The notes under the pieces are model-generated. The model worked only from the letters and a program-made list of their open reading frames with translations, was not told the origin of the DNA and did not search any database. Shown piece after piece: positions 1 to 9,320 of a stretch of DNA of 55,935 bases. Source of the DNA: an uncultured Gammaproteobacteria bacterium (GTDB lineage: Bacteria; Pseudomonadota; Gammaproteobacteria; Arenicellales; Arenicellaceae); assembly GCA_964549895.1 (NCBI GenBank), contig CAZJWW010000001.1:16532-72466 (forward strand). The letters run 5' to 3'. The translations under genes were made by a program, and so were the position numbers. The stretch's first letter is position 1, and each line of letters begins with the position of its first letter.

Positions 1-1124
1 TCTGCGCCTCGTTCAGTAGGGCATACGCGCCCGTTGTCGATGCTGATAAGCCCTTGTTGTTGGTGTAACGCCAGTTGCTGGTCAATCATATTACTCGATA
101 AGCGAGTGCGTTGCTCGAATACATCGATGGTAAAACCTGACTTTAAACGCAAAGCATTCATCATGAATTCGAATGCCACTTGATGATCTTCTATCTGTTC
201 TATACCGCCGGTCAGTTTTGTTTTGAGTTGAGCAGCTTTTAAATAAGATGCAGGGTGCTTGATTTTCCAAGTACGTGTTAAGCGACCATCTGAGTCGGTG
301 ACTTTGCCATGTGCACCGGCACCAATCCCAAGATAATCCCCGAAGTTCCAATAGTTAAGGTTATGTAGGCAGGCTAGGCCATTTTGCGCATAGGCGGAAA
401 CTTCATATTGCTCATAGCCTGCGTTGGCCAGCTCAGATTGAAGTGAGACCTGCATCTCCCATAGGCTTTCATCGCCCGGAGTTATCGGTGGGCTATTATG
501 GAATAATGTATTAGGTTCGATAGTTAGCTGATAACACGAAAGATGACTGGGCGCCAAAGTTATGGCTTGCTGCACATCAGCGACACTCTGAGTTAGAGTT
601 TGAGAGGGCAGGCCAAACATTAGGTCAAGATTAAAGTTATCGAATCCGGCTTCTTTTGCACATTCAGCAGCACGTAATGCGTCATTAACATTGTGTACGC
701 GACCGAGCGCTACAAGATGTTGTTGATTGAAACTTTGAATACCAATAGATAGGCGGTTAACTCCAGCTTGTCTAAACCCTGAGAATTTTTTAACTTCGCT
801 ACTGCCCGGATTAGCCTCTAAGGTGATTTCCACATCTGTTTCTAAAAAGCGGTTGAGACCAACCAGTAAGCGCGTAATACTGCTGGCTGAAAACAAAGAG
901 GGAGTGCCGCCGCCAATAAATACGGTGCTGATTTTACGCTGTCCTATGGATGCGGAAAATGCCGCTATATCTTGTTTGAAATCTTGTAATAGGGCATCTA
1001 TATACGCCGGTTCATTGATTTCAGCGTGGGCTAAATGGGAGTTGAAATCACAATAAGGGCACTTTTTTTCGCACCAAGGAATATGAATATACAGGCTTAG
1101 TGGAATATTTGGCGTGTTCGGCAT
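1..1124 (-). CDS. hemW: Radical SAM heme chaperone HemW (HemN-like), 3' end runs off the window
   Basis: Not in the ORF track. Manual minus-strand translation from ATG at 1124 gives MPNTPNIPLSLYIHIPWCEKKCPYCDFNSH (CxxxCxxC), later IFIGGGTPS, EANP and YEVSAY; the end ...NGRVCPTERGA reaches the window edge in frame. Confidence 0.92.
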   Translation of the reverse strand, partial: MPNTPNIPLSLYIHIPWCEKKCPYCDFNSHLAHAEINEPAYIDALLQDFKQDIAAFSASIGQRKISTVFIGGGTPSLFSASSITRLLVGLNRFLETDVEITLEANPGSSEVKKFSGFRQAGVNRLSIGIQSFNQQHLVALGRVHNVNDALRAAECAKEAGFDNFNLDLMFGLPSQTLTQSVADVQQAITLAPSHLSCYQLTIEPNTLFHNSPPITPGDESLWEMQVSLQSELANAGYEQYEVSAYAQNGLACLHNLNYWNFGDYLGIGAGAHGKVTDSDGRLTRTWKIKHPASYLKAAQLKTKLTGGIEQIEDHQVAFEFMMNALRLKSGFTIDVFEQRTRLSSNMIDQQLALHQQQGLISIDNGRVCPTERGA

Positions 1125-1269
1125 TTGCGAATTTTGTCATGTAATTCTTTTACACTAAAGAGTAGATTCAATATAAATGCCATGTTGTATTTGCAAATTG
1201 TACTTGAACCAATGACTGGCTGAGACTATGGTGCAATGCGCACAGCTCCTTAACCTTAAAATTTGAAAA

Positions 1270-1884
1270 ATGAAAGTAATCTGTTTAGATTTAGAAGGCG
1301 TATTAATCCCTGAAATATGGATTAATTTTGCGGAAAAAGTGGGTGTCAAAGAGCTCACTGCAACTACCCGTGATATGCCGGATTATGACGCCTTAATGAA
1401 GTTTCGTCTTGAGCTTTGTGCCAAGCATGATTTTCGTATTCAAGATATTCAAGAAGTGATCAACACCTTAGAACCGTTTGAGGGAGCTAAGGATTTTTTG
1501 AATCGATTACGCGCGGATTACCAGCTCATTATTTTGTCGGACACCTTTCAAGAATTTGCTCGACCGATGATGCGCAAACTAGATTGGCCGACTATTTTTT
1601 GTCATCAATTAGTTGTTGACGATAGTGGACTTATCACCGACTACAAATTACGCAAAGCCGATCATAAGCGCGAAACCGTCAAGCGCTTGCATGAACTTAA
1701 TTTCAATGTAATTGCTGCTGGCGATTCTTATAACGACACCACTATGTTAAGCGAGGCTGAACAAGGTATTTTATTTTGTCCACCGCAAAAGGTGATGGAC
1801 GAATTTCCTCAGTTTCCGGTGGTTACAAACTATGTTGAGCTACGAGCCCAAATAGATTCCGTTGGTAAGCAGGCCGCGCGCTAA
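1270..1884 (+). CDS. thrH: Phosphoserine phosphatase / homoserine phosphotransferase ThrH (HAD family)
   Basis: N-terminal CLDLEGVLIPEIW, LSDTF and AAGDSYNDTTML motifs typical of ThrH; 204 aa. Confidence 0.93.
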   Translation: MKVICLDLEGVLIPEIWINFAEKVGVKELTATTRDMPDYDALMKFRLELCAKHDFRIQDIQEVINTLEPFEGAKDFLNRLRADYQLIILSDTFQEFARPMMRKLDWPTIFCHQLVVDDSGLITDYKLRKADHKRETVKRLHELNFNVIAAGDSYNDTTMLSEAEQGILFCPPQKVMDEFPQFPVVTNYVELRAQIDSVGKQAAR

Positions 1885-1926
1885 CAAGCGTAATCCACTT
1901 TTTAATCCGCACTCCAGTTATAGCTG

Positions 1927-2319
1927 CTATTCGACACCGCGTTTTAAAGCGCGATTAGAACGAACACCGCGCTTGTCCGGTTTGCGTCGATCAATGTCTA
2001 TTTTGGGTTGTTGGGCTAATTGTTCTTTCAATGCTTGCCGCTTGGAGATACTTATGGCCGTTTCTTCATACAGCATTTGCGCGACGGTGGCAGAACCGCG
2101 CTTTTCACTTAAATTTAGCACTTTAATTTCTTTTTCAAAAAGACCGGATTTTATCGTCAAGTGATCCCCGGTCTTTATATTGGTAGCGGGCTTACTCAGC
2201 TGCTTATTTAGGCTGATTTTGCCATTTTTCAGTGCTTTGATTGCTAGTTGCCGCGTCTTGTAAAATCGCGCAGCCCACAACCACTTATCAAGACGCACAG
2301 TTTCTAATTCAATGTCCAT
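1927..2319 (-). CDS. hslR: Ribosome-associated heat shock protein Hsp15 (S4 domain)
   Basis: VRLDKWLWAARFYKTR, KRGSATVAQMLYEET and C-terminal RKPDKR. Confidence 0.93.
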   Translation of the reverse strand: MDIELETVRLDKWLWAARFYKTRQLAIKALKNGKISLNKQLSKPATNIKTGDHLTIKSGLFEKEIKVLNLSEKRGSATVAQMLYEETAISISKRQALKEQLAQQPKIDIDRRKPDKRGVRSNRALKRGVE

Positions 2320-2618
2320 TATTCAGCATGTCACAGTTTTTGACTAAAAAAGCCTAAAAATAGGGTTTAAAGCCCAAAATTTAATGAAAAATGCCACAAA
2401 TTAGTCACAATTATTGGCTATACTTGTTGTTGGAAGAAGAGGTTAGTTGGGTAACTCAGGATTGTTTAGCTGTTTAAACAAGCAGGTTAAGCAAGGATCT
2501 AGCTAAATTGTTATCCGATAAAAAATTTTGTGTACCATGTTATCTAATGTCGTATTACACATGTTGTATGAGTCGTAGCATGAGTCGCATAAAATCTACA
2601 TAAATAAAAAATAGCGAA

Positions 2619-3338
2619 ATGTTGTTATTCGCAAGTAAGATGAAAACGTTGAAAGTATTAGCAGGTAAAACGGAGAGAGTTTGCACGAATCGAATTCGCG
2701 CGGCTTTCGTGTTCGTCTGTTCGACCTTGTTATTTAGTACCCAAGTTCAGGCGGATGAACTACTAGACCCCATTCAGTTAGATAATAAACCGAGTCTTAT
2801 GTGGTTATCGACTGATATCAATGTTTCGTCCTTTTCTGATAACAGCAGTTATAACTCTTTTTTAAGTGCCGGTGAAGTTTGGGCGAATAATTGGGGCGTA
2901 AGCGCTAGCGTTTTACAAAATGACTCTGATGATGTTTTCGGCCTTCCACAAGATAGTGAGTACCTAAATCTTGATGTGAAGCGTCGCTTTGGTGGTCAAG
3001 ATGCAACAAATTTACAACTGGGGTTGGGTTGGCAAGAGCTGAACATAAATGAGCAGCTGGAAGCCAGTGGACCCAAACTATCAGTCAGTGGCCGTTTTAA
3101 TATTATCGACAACTTTAAAGTTTATGGTGCCACTTCTTATTTTCCAGAGCTAGACGATAGTCTGAACGATAATGATGCCACGGCTTATGAGATTGAAGCA
3201 GGCTTACTTTATCAACCGGTTCCTTATATTTCTTTTAAAGCGGGTTATCGAGTCTTTGAGTTGGATTTAGAAGATCCAGTTATTGAAGATCTGGGTTCGA
3301 GTTCGGGTTTCCTATTTGGTACAGACTTTAGCTGGTAA
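2619..3338 (+). CDS. Putative outer-membrane beta-barrel protein (hypothetical)
   Basis: Signal-peptide-like segment ending VQA-DE, alternating beta-strand pattern (EAGLLY, FKAGYRVF) and terminal aromatic residue (GTDFSW). The true start may be 2640. Confidence 0.6.
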   Translation: MLLFASKMKTLKVLAGKTERVCTNRIRAAFVFVCSTLLFSTQVQADELLDPIQLDNKPSLMWLSTDINVSSFSDNSSYNSFLSAGEVWANNWGVSASVLQNDSDDVFGLPQDSEYLNLDVKRRFGGQDATNLQLGLGWQELNINEQLEASGPKLSVSGRFNIIDNFKVYGATSYFPELDDSLNDNDATAYEIEAGLLYQPVPYISFKAGYRVFELDLEDPVIEDLGSSSGFLFGTDFSW

Positions 3339-3602
3339 CTTTTGATCAATGCTTTTATTGGATAAAGGCCGCGCAAGTGATTACAGGGATGGATTCAGAG
3401 ATACTGGCTAGCCTTCATTGGTAAAAACTCTTTTCAATGCGTTTAGAACAATTATTTAGCGGCTTTCTCTGTCCAGTCAAACTTGATGGATCTAATAAGA
3501 TTGGCCACCATTGAAGTTTGGAATTTTGTTAAACCCAAACCACATTTCTGGAACGCGTACTTTGCCTCGGGCATACTTTTTTATTGTTATTTATAGTTTG
3601 GT

Positions 3603-4304
3603 TTGCGCATGTTAGTCAGCGATAAAAATTTGGCCACTATTAGTAAATATAGTCCAGTTGAATTATCCGAAGAAAGTTTGGTTAGTGCAGCTGTGGCGTT
3701 GATATTACGCGATGGGGAGCAAGGTACCGAGTTCTTACTTATGCAGCGTGCGATGCACGAAAAAGACCCTTGGTCTGGTCAAATGTCGTTTCCAGGTGGC
3801 AAGATTGATCCCGAGGATGACTCGTCTAAAGCAGCTGCAGTCCGTGAAGCTTATGAGGAAGTGGGGATTTGCCTGACTGATGATGATTATCTAGGTCGCT
3901 TGGATGATATTTATGGTTTCAAGATAGATAACGTTTTTAGTGTGCATGTTTCCAGTTATGTTTTTAAAGTGAATCGTGATCCTCAGTTAATAGCAAACCA
4001 TGAGGTTGCAGACCTTTTATGGTTACCAATGAGCTATTTAGAGAATTCAGAGAATGCTCATTCTCATAGTGATCATAGGAATCCGTCTCTTAAAATGCCT
4101 GCGGTAATGATTAATCAAGATAAGGGTCAGATATTGTGGGGCTTAACTTTGCGAATACTATCTAGACTCTATCAATTACTTGATCTTCCAATGACCGCAT
4201 TGACTCAGGATCAACAGCAAGAGTTGGATGATATTCAACGACGAGGCATTACTCGTCAGCAGCTGAACGGCCTGCGGAACAGGGGTGTTATAGCGAGTGC
4301 ATAG
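3603..4304 (+). CDS. Nudix hydrolase, CoA pyrophosphatase family
   Basis: WSGQMSFPGG..AAVREAYEEVG Nudix box with SAAVAL, NHEVA and LWGLT motifs of CoAse-type Nudix enzymes. Confidence 0.85.
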   Translation: MRMLVSDKNLATISKYSPVELSEESLVSAAVALILRDGEQGTEFLLMQRAMHEKDPWSGQMSFPGGKIDPEDDSSKAAAVREAYEEVGICLTDDDYLGRLDDIYGFKIDNVFSVHVSSYVFKVNRDPQLIANHEVADLLWLPMSYLENSENAHSHSDHRNPSLKMPAVMINQDKGQILWGLTLRILSRLYQLLDLPMTALTQDQQQELDDIQRRGITRQQLNGLRNRGVIASA

Positions 4305-4306
4305 CG

Positions 4307-4885
4307 ATGGTCGCGGCTAGTTCAACTATGCAAAACCTTGGCAGTAATGCTCATCCATTTGAGTTGCCCGATACAACTTCGAATAATACAACAGTGTCAC
4401 TATCTCAATATGCAGAGAAACCGCTATTGTTGATGTTTATCTGTAACCATTGTCCGTTTGTTATTCACATTATCGAGCCTCTTGTCGAGTTGTCTAATTC
4501 CGCACAACAACAAGGCTTTGGTGTAATTGCTATCTGCGCCAATGATGCACAGGCTTATCCACAAGATGGCCCTGACGATATGAGGTTATTTGCACAGCAG
4601 TTCGGTTTCGAATTCCCCTATTGCTATGATCAAAGTCAGACAGTAGCTAGAGCTTATGGAGCAGCCTGTACGCCAGATTTTTTCGTATATGATCGCGCTC
4701 ACCAACTGTCTTACCGAGGTCAAATGGACGCCTCTCGGCCTGGTAATGAGGTGCCGCCAGAGGGAGTGGAGTTAAAGGCAGCGCTTGAAAGCGTGTTTAA
4801 TAATGTTCCTGTTAGCATACAACAAATGCCGAGTATCGGCTGCAGCATAAAGTGGTTACCCGGCAATCAGCCAGATTATTCTTAA
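4307..4885 (+). CDS. Thioredoxin-fold / peroxiredoxin-like protein (AhpC/TSA family)
   Basis: FICNHCPFV (CxxC), YGAACTPDFF, YRGQMD and PSIGCSIKW. Confidence 0.88.
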   Translation: MVAASSTMQNLGSNAHPFELPDTTSNNTTVSLSQYAEKPLLLMFICNHCPFVIHIIEPLVELSNSAQQQGFGVIAICANDAQAYPQDGPDDMRLFAQQFGFEFPYCYDQSQTVARAYGAACTPDFFVYDRAHQLSYRGQMDASRPGNEVPPEGVELKAALESVFNNVPVSIQQMPSIGCSIKWLPGNQPDYS

Positions 4886-5037
4886 AGAGCCACATGATTT
4901 AATCAATAGATTTATTTGTATTACCTCATCTACGAGCATGATGGTCACTTCTGCCTAGCCCTACATAACGCCACCCTTTGCAACTTAGTCAAAACTAGTT
5001 CTGTGGTTTTGTCTCGGGTTTTGATATAAGTAGTCTA

Positions 5038-6192
5038 ATGATCTATTCACTATTCCTGATTTTCGTGGGAGCCGCAATTTTTGCGACCCTAGCGTTGCTT
5101 GCCCGCCAATCCTTGATCATTGGCTATATTATTTTGGGTATCGTTTTAGGCCCTTCGGGTGCTGCTTGGATAACCGATACCGATTTGATTCAGGATATTT
5201 CCAATATTGGCATTATCTTTTTATTGTTTTTATTAGGTCTCAATCTTAGCCCACGTAAATTAATAGAATTGCTACGGCAAACCTTGATTGTCACCTTGCT
5301 GACTTCAGCCGTGTTTGCCAGCATAGGCTGGGCGTTTGCGACTTTGGCAGGGTTTAATACTGTTAATGCGATTGTGGTTGGCGTAGCGTGCATGTTTTCC
5401 AGTACGATTATTGGTTTAAAATTGCTGCCAACCACGGTATTACATCATCGCCACACTGGTGAGGTCATTGTCAGTGTATTGCTACTGCAAGATATGATAG
5501 CAATTGTTGTTTTATTAGCATTTCAAGCGCTATCGTCAGAACAACAAATGGCTTTAGAATTAGCTAAATTGGTGGTGCTATTGCCAGCTATGATAGCTCT
5601 TGCCTTTGCCCTTGAGCGCTGGGTGCTCCTCAAATTATTTTTTAAATATGATCGTATTCAAGAATATGTTTTTCTCTTAGCGCTTGCATGGTGTTTAGGA
5701 ATCGCCCAGTTGGCACACAGCATTGGCTTCTCTTATGAAACAGGTGCATTTATCGCTGGTATTTCGGTTGCCACCAGTCCTATCGCCATGTTTATTGCCG
5801 AAAGTTTAAAGCCGTTGCGAGATTTCTTTTTAGTATTATTTTTCTTCGCCTTAGGCGCGGGCCTCAAATTATCTGCACTGAGTCAAATTTGGCTGCCAGC
5901 GGTGTTACTGGGTGCTGCTATGTTATTGGTAAAACCGATTGTGTTTCGTTTTGCTTTACACCGCGTATCAGAGACCAATAAGCTAGGCTGGGAAACCGGT
6001 TTTCGTCTTGGGCAAATGAGTGAATTTTCGTTACTCATAGTTTTCGTGGCGTTGCAGAGCGCGATTATTGACTCAGCAACTGTGTATTTTGTGCAACTAG
6101 CCACCCTAGTTACATTTATCGGATCTAGCTATTCTATTGTGTTGCGTTATCCAACACCGGTCGCTGTTTCAGAGCGGTTACGCAGGGATTAG
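5038..6192 (+). CDS. Cation:proton antiporter (CPA2/Kef-type membrane domain)
   Basis: About 12 hydrophobic segments, FSST, LLQD, GAFIAG and QMSEFS motifs; no C-terminal KTN domain. Confidence 0.88.
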   Translation: MIYSLFLIFVGAAIFATLALLARQSLIIGYIILGIVLGPSGAAWITDTDLIQDISNIGIIFLLFLLGLNLSPRKLIELLRQTLIVTLLTSAVFASIGWAFATLAGFNTVNAIVVGVACMFSSTIIGLKLLPTTVLHHRHTGEVIVSVLLLQDMIAIVVLLAFQALSSEQQMALELAKLVVLLPAMIALAFALERWVLLKLFFKYDRIQEYVFLLALAWCLGIAQLAHSIGFSYETGAFIAGISVATSPIAMFIAESLKPLRDFFLVLFFFALGAGLKLSALSQIWLPAVLLGAAMLLVKPIVFRFALHRVSETNKLGWETGFRLGQMSEFSLLIVFVALQSAIIDSATVYFVQLATLVTFIGSSYSIVLRYPTPVAVSERLRRD

Positions 6193-6196
6193 AGAG

Positions 6197-7063
6197 ATGA
6201 CGGCATCTGTGATTATTGGCTGTGGGGATGTTGGCCGCCGAATTGCTCGACAGATTGGCGACTCAGATTCTTATTCTGACATTATCGGCTTAGTCAATTC
6301 CGATGCCAGTGACCACGCATGCGCCGCCCTGGGAGTGAGTGTAAAACGCTTTGATCTTGATGCCCTTCATGTTGATTTAACCCTATGCGATGAAGCTGAG
6401 ATTTATTACACGGTAGCACCTCAAAAAAAGGGTTTGATGGATCTGCGTACTCGGTCATTGCTAGAGTATTTTAGTGATAAAAAAATTACTCCCGCAAAAG
6501 CCATTGTCATCAGCACCACTGGGGTTTATGGAGATTGTGGTGGGAACTGGGTTGACGAACTGAGTCCAACTCAACCCCAAACTGAGCGCGGGCAACGCCG
6601 CTTAGACTTAGAGCAACAATGGTTGACTTGGGGTGATGCCGTTAACGTGCCCGTGGTAATACTGCGAGTGCCTGGCATTTACGCCAATAGTCGCTTACCA
6701 GTGGAGCGCATAAAAAAGCGCACGCCGGTGGTCGAAGCTAGAGAATGTGGCTTTACCAATCGTATTCACGCTGATGATTTAGCCGAGGTTGCGATTGCGG
6801 CCATGCGTATAGCGGGCGCTGGTGAAATATTTAATGTCACCGATGGCACGCCCGGCAAAATTAGTGATTATTTACAGGCTGCTGCGCTAGCACTTGGTGA
6901 ACAACCGTTGCCTGAAGTATCGATGGCCGAAGCTCAAACCATGTTATCGGTAGGGATGTTATCGTATCTTGGTGAATCTAGAAAAATCAGTAATTCAAAA
7001 ATGTTGAAGGAATTAAAGGTAGTTTTGCGCTATCCAGATTTTAGAGAAGGAATTAAGTACTAA
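6197..7063 (+). CDS. NAD-dependent epimerase/dehydratase (atypical SDR)
   Basis: IIGCGDVG Rossmann motif, ISTTGVYGD, LRVPGIY and NRIHADDLA. ATG at 6197 is preferred over the 6137 track start, which overlaps the upstream gene. Confidence 0.85.
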   Translation: MTASVIIGCGDVGRRIARQIGDSDSYSDIIGLVNSDASDHACAALGVSVKRFDLDALHVDLTLCDEAEIYYTVAPQKKGLMDLRTRSLLEYFSDKKITPAKAIVISTTGVYGDCGGNWVDELSPTQPQTERGQRRLDLEQQWLTWGDAVNVPVVILRVPGIYANSRLPVERIKKRTPVVEARECGFTNRIHADDLAEVAIAAMRIAGAGEIFNVTDGTPGKISDYLQAAALALGEQPLPEVSMAEAQTMLSVGMLSYLGESRKISNSKMLKELKVVLRYPDFREGIKY

Positions 7064-7068
7064 ACCAA

Positions 7069-7095
7069 AAAAGCCGCAACGGGTGTGCGGCTTTT
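7069..7095. terminator. Bidirectional intrinsic terminator
   Basis: AAAAGCCGCA-ACGGGTG-TGCGGCTTTT between convergent genes. Confidence 0.8.
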
Positions 7096-7150
7096 CTATT
7101 ACAAATAAATGATGGTTCTATTTACATGCAAACGGTTTTAAGCGGAACTG

Positions 7151-7657
7151 CTACTCGCAATGAAAATGGCCATTATGTTGGTAGCAACTTTGGCCTTCGT
7201 TGCGATACTGTGAGAATCCTACTATGGGGCAATAATAGTTATCGCTGTAGCTTCGTCTGTAATTGTTACCCCTAGAATAATAGTTGCTTGAGCCCCTATA
7301 CGTTCTATTCAAATTTCTGCTAAAGCCTCTGTCAAAATTACTGAAGCCGCGGTTAGAACTTCTATAACCTCGATTATAGTTGTTATTGAAGTTTCTATAT
7401 CCCCTGTTAAGGCTTCTTCTTGAACTACGAAAGCCGTTATTAAAAAATCTATTCGAGCTTCTATAGCCCCTATTGGAACTTCTATAACCTCGGTTAAAAC
7501 TTCCTCTATGCTTGCCCGTAAAGCCTACGTTCACGATTGATGAGTCAAAATGAATGATATCGCTGGCGTGTGCTGTGGTTGGTAAGGCAGCTACCGCCAC
7601 TAATAATGTCAGTAGTGACGTCATAGTTATTAAAGTGCGGTTAATAAAAAGTTTCAT
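7151..7657 (-). CDS. Secreted low-complexity repeat protein (NRGYRSS repeats; Cys/His C-terminus)
   Basis: GGAG RBS upstream, signal peptide ending AHA-S, repeated (S/F)NRG(Y/F)RS units and a C-terminal C-x14-CYQHNGHFHC. Confidence 0.75.
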   Translation of the reverse strand: MKLFINRTLITMTSLLTLLVAVAALPTTAHASDIIHFDSSIVNVGFTGKHRGSFNRGYRSSNRGYRSSNRFFNNGFRSSRRSLNRGYRNFNNNYNRGYRSSNRGFSNFDRGFSRNLNRTYRGSSNYYSRGNNYRRSYSDNYYCPIVGFSQYRNEGQSCYQHNGHFHCE

Positions 7658-7695
7658 AATATTGCTCCAGTGTTACATTGAGAGTATCACTATAA

Positions 7696-7722
7696 TTGAA
7701 CTGACCTGAACCAAAACTGAAC
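7696..7722 (-). promoter_or_regulatory. OmpR/PhoP-type direct-repeat box GTTCAG-N5-GTTCAG(-N4-GTTCAA)
   Basis: Plus-strand CTGAAC at 7706-7711 and 7717-7722 (11-bp period) and TTGAAC at 7696-7701. A minus-strand -10-like TATAGT lies at 7694-7689. Confidence 0.55.
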
Positions 7723-7726
7723 CAAA

Positions 7727-8437
7727 ATGAATATTTATCGATCAATTGTGGTGCTTACGGGCGCGGGAATATCGGCAGAATCGGGTATTAAAACCTTTCG
7801 AGCCTCCGATGGCCTGTGGGAGGAGCACCGAATAGAAGACGTGGCGACCCCCGAGGCATTTGAACGTGACCCAGTATTGGTGCATCAATTTTACAATCAG
7901 CGAAGACAGCCTATCTTAGATAGTGAAGTGCAACCCAATCCGGCGCATCTTGCTTTAGCAAAACTAGAACGCGGGTTTGCCGGTTCATTTACTTTAGTCA
8001 CCCAAAACATTGATAACTTACACGAACAAGGTGGCTCAAAGAATGTTTTACATATGCATGGAGAAATACTAAAGCTTCGATGTAAACAGACCCAAACTTT
8101 GTTTGATTGCAGTGGATCAGTAAATACCGAAGACTTGTGCGGGTGTTGTCAGCAAGCCGGTAATTTGAGACCGCACATTGTTTGGTTTGGCGAGATGCCT
8201 CTGTATATGGAAGAAATTTATCGCGCGTTGGCGGAATGTGATTTGTTTGTCGCCATTGGAACGTCGGGCAATGTATATCCTGCCGCTGGTTTCGTACAAA
8301 TGGCCAATCAAGCAGGCGCAAATACACTGGAGATTAATCTTGAACGCTCGAGCGTAGCCACCGATTTTGACAAAGCCATTTATGGAAAAGCGGGGGAAGT
8401 ATTGCCATCTTGGGTAGATGAATTACTGGCTACCTGA
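7727..8437 (+). CDS. cobB: NAD-dependent protein deacylase (sirtuin)
   Basis: [37 protein letters not shown] and [11 protein letters not shown]; FYNQRR resembles the class III desuccinylase motif. Confidence 0.95.
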   Translation: MNIYRSIVVLTGAGISAESGIKTFRASDGLWEEHRIEDVATPEAFERDPVLVHQFYNQRRQPILDSEVQPNPAHLALAKLERGFAGSFTLVTQNIDNLHEQGGSKNVLHMHGEILKLRCKQTQTLFDCSGSVNTEDLCGCCQQAGNLRPHIVWFGEMPLYMEEIYRALAECDLFVAIGTSGNVYPAAGFVQMANQAGANTLEINLERSSVATDFDKAIYGKAGEVLPSWVDELLAT

Positions 8438-8534
8438 GTTTTTTATAATAGGATTCTACGATGGAAGTGTCTAGGTATAAGAGAGGAGTAAGAGGGGCAA
8501 AGAAAAGGGGGAGCTCTAGTCTACCTTGGGAAGA

Positions 8535-9320
8535 CTACATCAAATACTCAGCAATCACTGGAGTGTGATCAGAAGGGCGTTCCAATTTTCTGGGTGTTTC
8601 ATCAATACTGGAGCCCTTAGCGATATCAAGCATGGCGGAACTGCTCAATACTAAGTCGATGCGCAGGCCTTCATTAGCTCGATAACCGCCCCCTCGATAA
8701 TCCCACCAACTAAAGGTATCGCCTTGCGAATTGAAGTGCCGAAAAGTATCGAATAAACCTTCAGCCATCAATTTTTGTAGCATCAGACGCTCAATGGGAC
8801 TGCAATGAATACCGCCTTCCCATTTTTTTGGGTTATGTACGTCTAAGGGGCTGGGGGTGATATTAAAATCACCCACTAAAACGACGTTCTTAAATTCTTT
8901 AAGGTCATTGCGCATGGCCGAAGTCAACTTTTTAAACCAGGCGCGTTTGTATTCAAACTTGTTGGAATCTAGGGCCTGACCATTGGGGACATATACATTT
9001 ACGATACGCACAGTTGCGCCCGATTTGGTGATTAAGTCGCCAGCAATATATCGTCTTTGAGGGTCTTCTAAGTCAGGCATATCAACCACCACATTGGTTA
9101 ACTCATCCTTGCTTAAAATAGCGACACCATTATAGGTTTTTTGCCCAGTCGAGACGCTGTGGTAACCCGCATCAATGAACGCTTGGGTTGGGAAGTCTTC
9201 ATCTGGCATTTTTAACTCTTGCAAACACAGTAGGTCGGGTTGATTGCTGGCTAGCCAGTCGATCACATGCTCGAGACGAACACGCAGCGAATTTACATTC
9301 CAACTAGCTACTTTCAACAT
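8535..9320 (-). CDS. xth: Exodeoxyribonuclease III
   Basis: SWNVNSLR, LQELK, YNGVAI, GDFN, FSWWDYR, GLRID and SDH motifs. Confidence 0.95.
   Translation of the reverse strand: MLKVASWNVNSLRVRLEHVIDWLASNQPDLLCLQELKMPDEDFPTQAFIDAGYHSVSTGQKTYNGVAILSKDELTNVVVDMPDLEDPQRRYIAGDLITKSGATVRIVNVYVPNGQALDSNKFEYKRAWFKKLTSAMRNDLKEFKNVVLVGDFNITPSPLDVHNPKKWEGGIHCSPIERLMLQKLMAEGLFDTFRHFNSQGDTFSWWDYRGGGYRANEGLRIDLVLSSSAMLDIAKGSSIDETPRKLERPSDHTPVIAEYLM

Noticed and set aside
91-1056. Short track ORFs 91-351 and 823-1056
   Set aside because: They lie within hemW, which the track missed because it runs off the window. Other short ORFs nested in or antisense to recognised genes were dismissed likewise.
2360-2395. 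Sigma32 promoter for hslR
   Set aside because: A -10-like CCCTATTT is present but the -35 match is too weak to call.
3452-3574. 40-codon minus-strand ORF (MPEAKYAFQKCG...)
   Set aside because: No RBS or recognisable motif; the length is expected by chance.
4955-5000. Second attC-like core (ACATAACGCC)
   Set aside because: No complementary arm or convincing cassette ORF.
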